Below are positions 56,704-64,000 of a DNA stretch of 64,000 nucleotides, piece by piece. The notes below the pieces were generated by a model. That model saw only the letters and a list, made by a program, of their open reading frames with translations. It did no database searches and was not told the DNA's origin. How positions within the stretch are numbered: position 1 is the stretch's first letter; the number at the start of each line of letters is the position of its first letter. Both the position numbers and the translations under genes were made by a program. Origin of the DNA: Octopus vulgaris (Eukaryota); the NCBI GenBank assembly GCA_951406725.2, contig OX597822.1:115754001-115818000 (forward strand), in the 5' to 3' direction.

Positions 56704-57113
56704 CATATATACATACATACATACATATATATATATACACATACATACATACATACATACATACATACATACATACATACACACATATATATATATTGGT
56801 TTGAAATTCCAAATTGATTAAGCTACGGTGTTTTAAATGCAACTAAGCAAGGATGGGAAAGCAAAATCAAATTATTGTTATTTCTGATTTGGAAAAACTG
56901 AAGGAGAAACTTGAAATCTGAACTGAAGTTGTTTTGCAAATATATATTGTCAGAACAAATGCAGTTTTCTTTCTCCAGGGTTTCAGTACCATCAGTTTTG
57001 GATGATGAAGACTAAAACTTTTAAGCTAAAAAGAAAAACATTTTAATCAAACTTCCCACGAAGGCATCTTATGTCCAAGGGTAGATGTGTGTGCAGACTA
57101 CATTTCACTTTAG

Positions 57114-57150
<37 letters not shown>

Positions 57151-57790
57151 ATTGTGATGCCACATATAAATATTGGGTCAAGATTTTCCATAACTATGAC
57201 ATAATTTTTTTTGCATAGTCCCACAAAAACATGCATACACAGACACACACACCCAAATATATTTCAGCATAGAAACAAGTAACCATTTGTACATGAATAT
57301 ACTCAAATAATAAAGACACAATGCACTCTCACACACACATGTCAATGATATATAAAACAGGGGTATGCATGTGCTTATATATATATATATATATGCACAT
57401 ATACATATATGCATATCTATATATACATATCATAGATACCCTAATTTATAATTTTATATATATATATCTATATGCATATATATAGGTATATAAATATATG
57501 CATATATATATATACACACACACATACATATATATATGCAGACATACATACATTTATACACACACAAACAAATACATACATTTATACATGCACATACACA
57601 CACATACAGAGACATACACACGCAAGCACATGTAGACTAACACACACACACACACGCATATATATTTTTAAAAACATCCATAGCCACTGTCTTAAATAAT
57701 GTATTTGTACACATGAAAAATATGTCATAGAAGAACTGGACCAATAATATGTGATTCCCTGAAAAGAAAGTCAGTTGTCACAAACTGAAA

Positions 57791-57822
<32 letters not shown>

Positions 57823-59314
57823 ATGCATGTGTGTGAAAGGATGAATGCTTATATAACATTGTCTTAACTAGGTATGATACATTATTGAAGAGTAAAGGAT
57901 GTTAAGTGTCTCGCACCCAGACACAACCTAACACCCTGCAACTGTATTTGAACCCATCATACACGGCACCTTACCCTTCGACCATTTAAAAACCAAAGGA
58001 GAAAAGGTGTGTGTGTATAAATGTATGTATATATATATACATGTGTTTATGTATGCGCGAATGCATGTATATATGTGTAAGCATACACAAAAACATGTCC
58101 AATAAGCAAAAGATATATATATATATATGTATATATAATATATATAAAAACCTATGCAGTCAGCGCTCACACATTTTTACATATGTAAGAGCCAAGATGC
58201 TTGATGAAAACCCTATGGTTTAACCCCAGCCTTTGGTTAGTTACACAAACATGTGTAGTATAAATGTCAACTCACTAACTGAGCCCTTTTTTTTGCAGTT
58301 TCTTCCTTCTTTCTTTCTTTCTTCCTTTTTTTTTTTTTATATATTATTCCATTCTGTTTGTTTACTTTGCCTCAGATAATATGACACAGGTAATTTGACT
58401 GTTGTGTAGTCATATGTGAAGAAAGAAAAAGTAATTTAGTGAGACCAAACTTATAGAAAATAAAATTAAAATAACAAGGAGTAGAAATGTTTGAATTAAG
58501 CCAAGTTTCCGATGTACAACAAATGCTTCCTTCATTCTTTGAACATTAAAAGCCATAGTCCATATATCAATTTTCTTTGCTTTCTTTTTCTATAACTGTT
58601 TTCAGCTTTTTTTTTGTTTTTTTTTTTTTTTGTTTTTTTTCATTTATACAAGAATGTAGTTCCATAAATTGGTAAGAATGCAAATACTTTCAGGTCAAAC
58701 AGAATGAAGTTATACCTTAAAAACTGAATGTTTTGCTGCATATGAACAGTTGATGAAACATTTAGAGGGAATTGGGGACCAAAAAAAAAAAAAAAATTTA
58801 GAAAAAAAATTAAAAATATCTTTACAGTTGATACGCAAATTGAGGAAAGTGCCTTTGAAATTACCACCATAGTGCTGTCTCCAGTATTTTGCCATTAATA
58901 AACATGGGGATGCTGTGAAAAGGAATACTATAATGGCAATGGTTATAAAGACTTCTTGACAACTTATTTCTTTCCTAATCACATACAGAAAATGAAGATG
59001 AGGACAAGCATTATTTTTAAAATATTCAAAATGTCTGGTAGGGTTCTTCCATTTTACTTACCAAAAAGAAAAAAAAAATATTTTCTCTAAATTTTACCTG
59101 CATGTGTGTTTGTGCATGTGTATGTATGCATGCTTCATTCACACACACAAGTGTGCATATATATATATATGTATGTATATGTACACATATATACATGTAT
59201 ACACACATATACACACACACACATATATATAGCTACACACACACACACACACACATGCACAGTAACATACATATGCATGGTCTCACACACATACATACAT
59301 ATGCTGATGTACAC

Positions 59315-59372
<58 letters not shown>

Positions 59373-59917
59373 GTATATATATTGTTTTTTTTTCTGAGCG
59401 CACATTAAGATGCAAGAGAGCAACAGCAGCAACACTGATTGGCAGGACTTGAAGAATAATTTTTGAAAAAAAGGTTCAAGCTGACAGAACACGCCATACT
59501 TCTTCTTCTTCTTCTTCTTCTTCTAATGCAGCAGGGTTCTTGTGTTCCCTGTTTTGTTTCTCTTTCTTTCCTAATCAACATCAACGATGATTCGGGGGGG
59601 CAGCTGAAGTAGGGCTCACCTCTGTTTCACAGCACCATAACAACTTTGACCTACAATTTGTGCACCCGGCTGGGCTTTAGCCATCAGCATTCTAGTACAA
59701 CTGGCAAGTAAGACTGATGCTCAACTGTTTATCCCTCGTCTCAACACTGCAGTGAAGAGTGAAGAGCTCAGGAGGGCTTTGGTGTTTTTTGTTTGTAGTT
59801 TGTTTGTTTGTTTGTTTCACAATCCGATTTACAAAGAAAGAAAGAGAAAGAAAGATGGAGATAAAAAAAAAAACAGGTAGAGTGAGAAATAATATATGTT
59901 TAATTATGTGGCGCTAC

Positions 59918-61993
59918 TCAAGTAGTCTTTAACATTTTTTGTAAAGTTGGACATTTGCTTCCTTCAGTGTCAGGCATTGCGGAATCCCCAGCTTCATCAC
60001 ATGAAGAGAGAGGTTCTTTTTGAGATTCTTCGTCAGACACTTTAGAGTTCGTTGATGGTGGCTGTTCATTAGAAGTGGGCGTGTTATTTTCTGAGTTTGA
60101 ATTTGGGTTGATAGAAGAGTCATCACGACTGAGTTCCCAGTCAGAATTATTGGCGGTTGATATGTCAGTAGCGCTCACGTTAGGACATGGACTAGTATTA
60201 TCATTTGAAGGGCAATTAGCAGAACTCTTGGACACTTTGGCTGATGGACAGTCTGTTTCCTTAGAAGAGTCAACACTTCTCTTATGGTTAGGACAACTAT
60301 CCTTTTGGTCTTTTGGACTACCAGCTGAGGAGTGTTGAGGGGACGATGACGAAACGAACCTGGAGAAATCTGCAGATAAGCAACAGGCACCTTGGGAATT
60401 CTTTGGAGTGGAACATGGATTTGCATTCGATGAATGGTTACAGTGCAAGCAAGAGTCAACATTGGAACAAATGGTTTTGGTTGAATGTTTACATGAATGT
60501 CTTTTATCGTTAGGTGTCTTAGAACAAGGTTCCTCAGGAATTGGGCTACCGAGTTTCTTCACTTCCTCTTTTGCAATTCGACAGAGTTCAAGTTCATTAC
60601 GAACAATCCACTTGTTTTTACCAACAGATATTATCTCGAGTTCACTGTCACCAAATATAAGATAATTTCGCTCATATGAAGATTTAAGGGAGGGTATAAC
60701 AGCTTTCGACTGCTTGCTATCCTGCTTCTCAGATAAACTGGAAGCTGGAGGCGTAGGGACCGCTACAGTAGAGCTCCGTGTCAAAGGGGTTTTAACTTCT
60801 TCCAAAGACTCATCTACTGCTAATGGACTGCAAATATCTAACGATTTCTCAGCTCCTTTTCCTGGCTTCCGAGACTGTACGGGTTCTTGCTCTTTGTAAG
60901 CTGATGCTGATAAATCTAATGGGGTACTTGGATTAGAGACATCCAAACTAGAGTTAGATAAGTCCACCGGGGGCTTGAGTGGATGTAGACCATTTGGATA
61001 ATAGCACACTGCAGCTGGACTGACACATGGAGAGAGCACCACACCTCGACTTTGTCTGGCTTGACTCAGTCCACGGTCTGGCAAACTATAGTCATAGTAA
61101 ACAGCACCAAACTTATCATAACCAAGAGGAAATGAAGACTTTGATGATCCAGCAGAACTGCTGCGACTAGCAGTCAATAAGTCTTGTGAGGACTTAGTTG
61201 GAGCAGGAGTGGCTCCTTTATTAGAAGACAAGCGGGAGTGTTCATTAATTCCAGAGGATTTTGATGAAACTGTAGACCGTAATGAAGAATTTGTATTGCT
61301 TTGAGAAACCAGAATACTTTCTGGACCACTGGAAGATGAATTTGATAAACTTATGTCAGATGTAGGAATTGAAACCATTTTATGGGAGATCAAAAGTGAT
61401 TGGTTACTAATGGATGTAGGAAGGGCAGATGCCAACTCATTCTTTTTGCTTGAAGATGTTAAAGTACTTTCAGTTTTATCACTATTACTGGAAGATTTAT
61501 CTGAGCTTGCTGCTGATGTTGGTAGAGCTGACTGCGCTGAGGGGTACGCAGCAGAAGCTTGGTTGAACAAATGAGAAATTACATCTTGAAGACTTGGTTT
61601 CGAGCTTTCGCTCTTTGAAGGAAAAGATGAAGTGTTCTTGTGCATGTTTTCTACAGAAACGGTTTTCATGTTCAAATTCTCTGAAGGATGGTGACCACTG
61701 GTAGAACTCTCCGGTACACCATCAGATGATTTTGGTCTTCTTTGTGAGCTAGTATGCATTGCATTATGACTAGTGGTTGGCTTGGTATCTCCGTTCATAG
61801 TGTCAGTCTGTGTATGCACATTGTTTGCAAATGCAGCTGCTGATGCAGACCTAGGGTTGATCACATTGTAAAAAGCAGGCTGTGTCAAGGAGGTAGAAGA
61901 GGCCAGACTCTCTGGTGCTAGCTGGGTGGGAATTTGACCCATGTAGTATGCCCTCTGGATTAAAGTTTCCTCAATTTCATCACAGCCAGTTAA
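59918..61993 (-). CDS. Pax gene terminal coding exon (691 aa, Ser/Thr/Pro-rich; probably Pax-beta subfamily)
   Basis: Acceptor tttttttctcCAG at 61995-61994 opens LTGCDEIEETLIQRAYY, in frame with the 674-aa ORF (59918-61942). Phase 0 matches the upstream exon (809-nt intron). Contains YDYSLPDRGL, PVDLS, PLDLS and ELEIISVGKNKWIVRNE; no homeodomain. The Pax-beta assignment rests on recalled motifs and is less certain than the exon itself. Confidence 0.88.
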   Translation of the reverse strand, partial: LTGCDEIEETLIQRAYYMGQIPTQLAPESLASSTSLTQPAFYNVINPRSASAAAFANNVHTQTDTMNGDTKPTTSHNAMHTSSQRRPKSSDGVPESSTSGHHPSENLNMKTVSVENMHKNTSSFPSKSESSKPSLQDVISHLFNQASAAYPSAQSALPTSAASSDKSSSNSDKTESTLTSSSKKNELASALPTSISNQSLLISHKMVSIPTSDISLSNSSSSGPESILVSQSNTNSSLRSTVSSKSSGINEHSRLSSNKGATPAPTKSSQDLLTASRSSSAGSSKSSFPLGYDKFGAVYYDYSLPDRGLSQARQSRGVVLSPCVSPAAVCYYPNGLHPLKPPVDLSNSSLDVSNPSTPLDLSASAYKEQEPVQSRKPGKGAEKSLDICSPLAVDESLEEVKTPLTRSSTVAVPTPPASSLSEKQDSKQSKAVIPSLKSSYERNYLIFGDSELEIISVGKNKWIVRNELELCRIAKEEVKKLGSPIPEEPCSKTPNDKRHSCKHSTKTICSNVDSCLHCNHSSNANPCSTPKNSQGACCLSADFSRFVSSSSPQHSSAGSPKDQKDSCPNHKRSVDSSKETDCPSAKVSKSSANCPSNDNTSPCPNVSATDISTANNSDWELSRDDSSINPNSNSENNTPTSNEQPPSTNSKVSDEESQKEPLSSCDEAGDSAMPDTEGSKCPTLQKMLKTT

Positions 61994-62371
61994 CTGGAGA
62001 AAAAAATGAAATGGTAAAGTGTGAAATTAATAAAGAAAAAAAAACATAGATAATTGAAAAAAAAAACTGATATACACATGGAAATATATGAGAAATGAGA
62101 AAAGCAGTAATATTTAATACAGTAAGAGGCTAATTATATAGGAGAGCAATAGGCCTTTCTCAAGTTTTGTTTCAGTTGTGAGGAAAATTTTGCTATTATT
62201 GTATTTATTATAGTCATGATCAGACAAGGAAATTTATTGCTGAAGAGAGGCTTGCAACAAAGTACCACTACTTCCTTGATTGCTATATTCTGATAAGGTT
62301 TACTGCATACTGTGAGAGCTGATGACTAGTTATTTGACTGTGTACCAGTGTAGTATGTTGTTATTTAGGAT

Positions 62372-62490
62372 TTGGCGTTAGGAAGGGCATCAAGCCGTAG
62401 AAACACTGCCAAATCAGACGGGTGCAGATCCCGGTCGAACCATCCAACCCATGCTAGCATGGAAAATGGATGTTAAACGATGATGATGAT
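62372..62490 (+). mobile_element. Retroposon 3' tail in the Pax intron
   Basis: ttggcgttaggaagggcatcaagccgtagaaa...ggatgttaaacgatgatgat; related pieces at ~36415-36510 and ~39000-39110. Confidence 0.65.
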
Positions 62491-62802
62491 AAAGATTTCA
62501 GCAGGTGGTGCCAACAGGCCGTAGCTTTATCATGGAAATATCATAAACTGCCAATTATAAACAAATAACATCAATCTGTAAATCTACCAAATTCATGGCA
62601 TTACAAGGATGAAGAAAAAAAAGCAGGCATGCAAAAATGTAAGAAGACAGCATTAATTGCAGAACATTTCAATAGAAAGATCATTTCTGGAAATCTAGTG
62701 GAGACTTAATCATAATGAATGAAACGTTACCATTATTCCCAGATTTTTAAGCTACATTAGTTGATTGTTAGTGTGGTTAATAAGAAAATAAAGATTTCTC
62801 AC

Positions 62803-62932
62803 TTCGTCGTCCCCGAGATGAGGGAAGTTATCAAGACTCCGACGATGAAGAATGGCTTTGTCTCGTATTATCCGATTTATGGAGCTTATGCTAGGAATAT
62901 TCTTTTCTGTGCATACTTGGTCTTCAAGAAGT
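62803..62932 (-). CDS. Pax gene internal exon: C-terminal end of the paired domain (upstream exons probably lie beyond the window)
   Basis: Translates (R)LLEDQVCTEKNIPSISSINRIIRDKAILHRRSLDNFPHLGDDE, matching the paired-domain terminal helix consensus (L...C...PS[VI]SSINRI[IL]R). Acceptor tttgcAG at 62934-62933, donor GTGAGA at 62802. Exon is 130 nt = 1 nt + 43 codons and ends in phase 0. Confidence 0.92.
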
Positions 62933-63677
62933 CTGCAAAGAAACAAAAGAATGTTTAGAAACAATCTATTCCACAGAGGAAACAAAGATATTTGTAATCT
63001 GGCACAAATGTGCACTAAAATTATGGAACTACATTCCTACCACCACCACCACCACCACCACGAGTAGGAGTAGGAGGAGGGCAAACCACCATCATCACCA
63101 CCACAGTTAATGCTCACAGCATTTGTCTCCTTGTATCGCATCAACCAGACATTCATTCTTGAAACAGTCTTCTTGTCCAGCTGCCATTCCAATTATGCTG
63201 ATGCTGAAAATCCCAATGTCTTTCCAAGTTTACTAATTATTCCAGTAGAAGGCGACCTTGTGGAATAATATCATTTTCACCACTGACTTGTAACTTCCCA
63301 ACACATAGATGAAACAAGATGACCTTAACCATATAGTCCTCAGGCTAGAGGCTTGTCCTTCCACATGAATACATCAAGAGAAATCTGTCATAAACAGGAT
63401 AAAAATCACATTAAAACAGATTCCCAGTTACGTTAAACTGCTACAAAACACTAGCCTCTGCGACAGTTTCAACTTGGATTGCAAGTTAGGTCTCAATTTC
63501 TTGCCACTAAATATATAGATGTTGTTGTTTCTCATGAAGGTCGTTGTGCCAGTAATACACACACACAGTATGTAACACAGATATTCCACTTTATAAACTA
63601 CGTAATATATAAAGCGAAAGTTAAATAGAAAAAAATTGGCTTAGTTCTACTAGGAAAATAATTTTAGGAAATTCCTA

Positions 63678-63725
<48 letters not shown>

Positions 63726-64000
63726 TATATATACATACATATATATACAAATATATACACACACACACATATATACACTTATATATACATACATATATAT
63801 ATATACACACACAAATATATACATATACATACATATATATACACACACATATATATATACACATATATACATATATATACACACACACACAAATATATAC
63901 ATATACATACATATATATATACAAATATATACATATACATACATATATATATACAAATATATACATATACATACATATATATATTATATATACACACAAA

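Noticed and set aside
59929-61574. Short overlapping and antisense ORFs
   Set aside because: Shadows of the Pax terminal exon.
62752-63015. 87-aa ORF as a standalone gene
   Set aside because: Only 62803-62932 is exonic; the flanking residues are intron read-through past clear splice sites.
63110-63360. Possible further Pax exon
   Set aside because: No paired-domain residues (PKVAT, FAWEIR) found on the minus strand.

Overview
AT-rich, microsatellite-laden animal genomic DNA. The SINE, Dong and mariner repertoire and the TA/CA/TAGA/TAA tracts suggest an octopus or other coleoid cephalopod (inference). Most ORF-track entries are microsatellite artefacts. The only host gene is the 3' part of a minus-strand Pax gene, probably lophotrochozoan Pax-beta: a 130-nt exon ending the paired domain (62803-62932) spliced in frame to a long terminal coding exon (59918-61993) with YDYSLPDRGL and two PxDLS motifs. 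Bases 1-41.4 kb are dense with transposon relics. These include a cluster of TAA-embedded R4/Dong-like retrotransposon 3' ends with a putative non-autonomous partner, tRNA-derived SINEs, Tc1/mariner relics, hAT and piggyBac MITEs, a Helitron-like element and a Penelope-like GIY-YIG relic. At least six type I hammerhead-ribozyme-like motifs occur across the window, two of them sharing a CUGUCGA variant core. The ~18 kb downstream of the Pax stop codon is TE-poor, strand-skewed and CpG-decayed, which suggests a methylated, transcribed domain such as a very long 3' UTR. Repeat boundaries were read by eye and are approximate unless a TIR or TSD is quoted.
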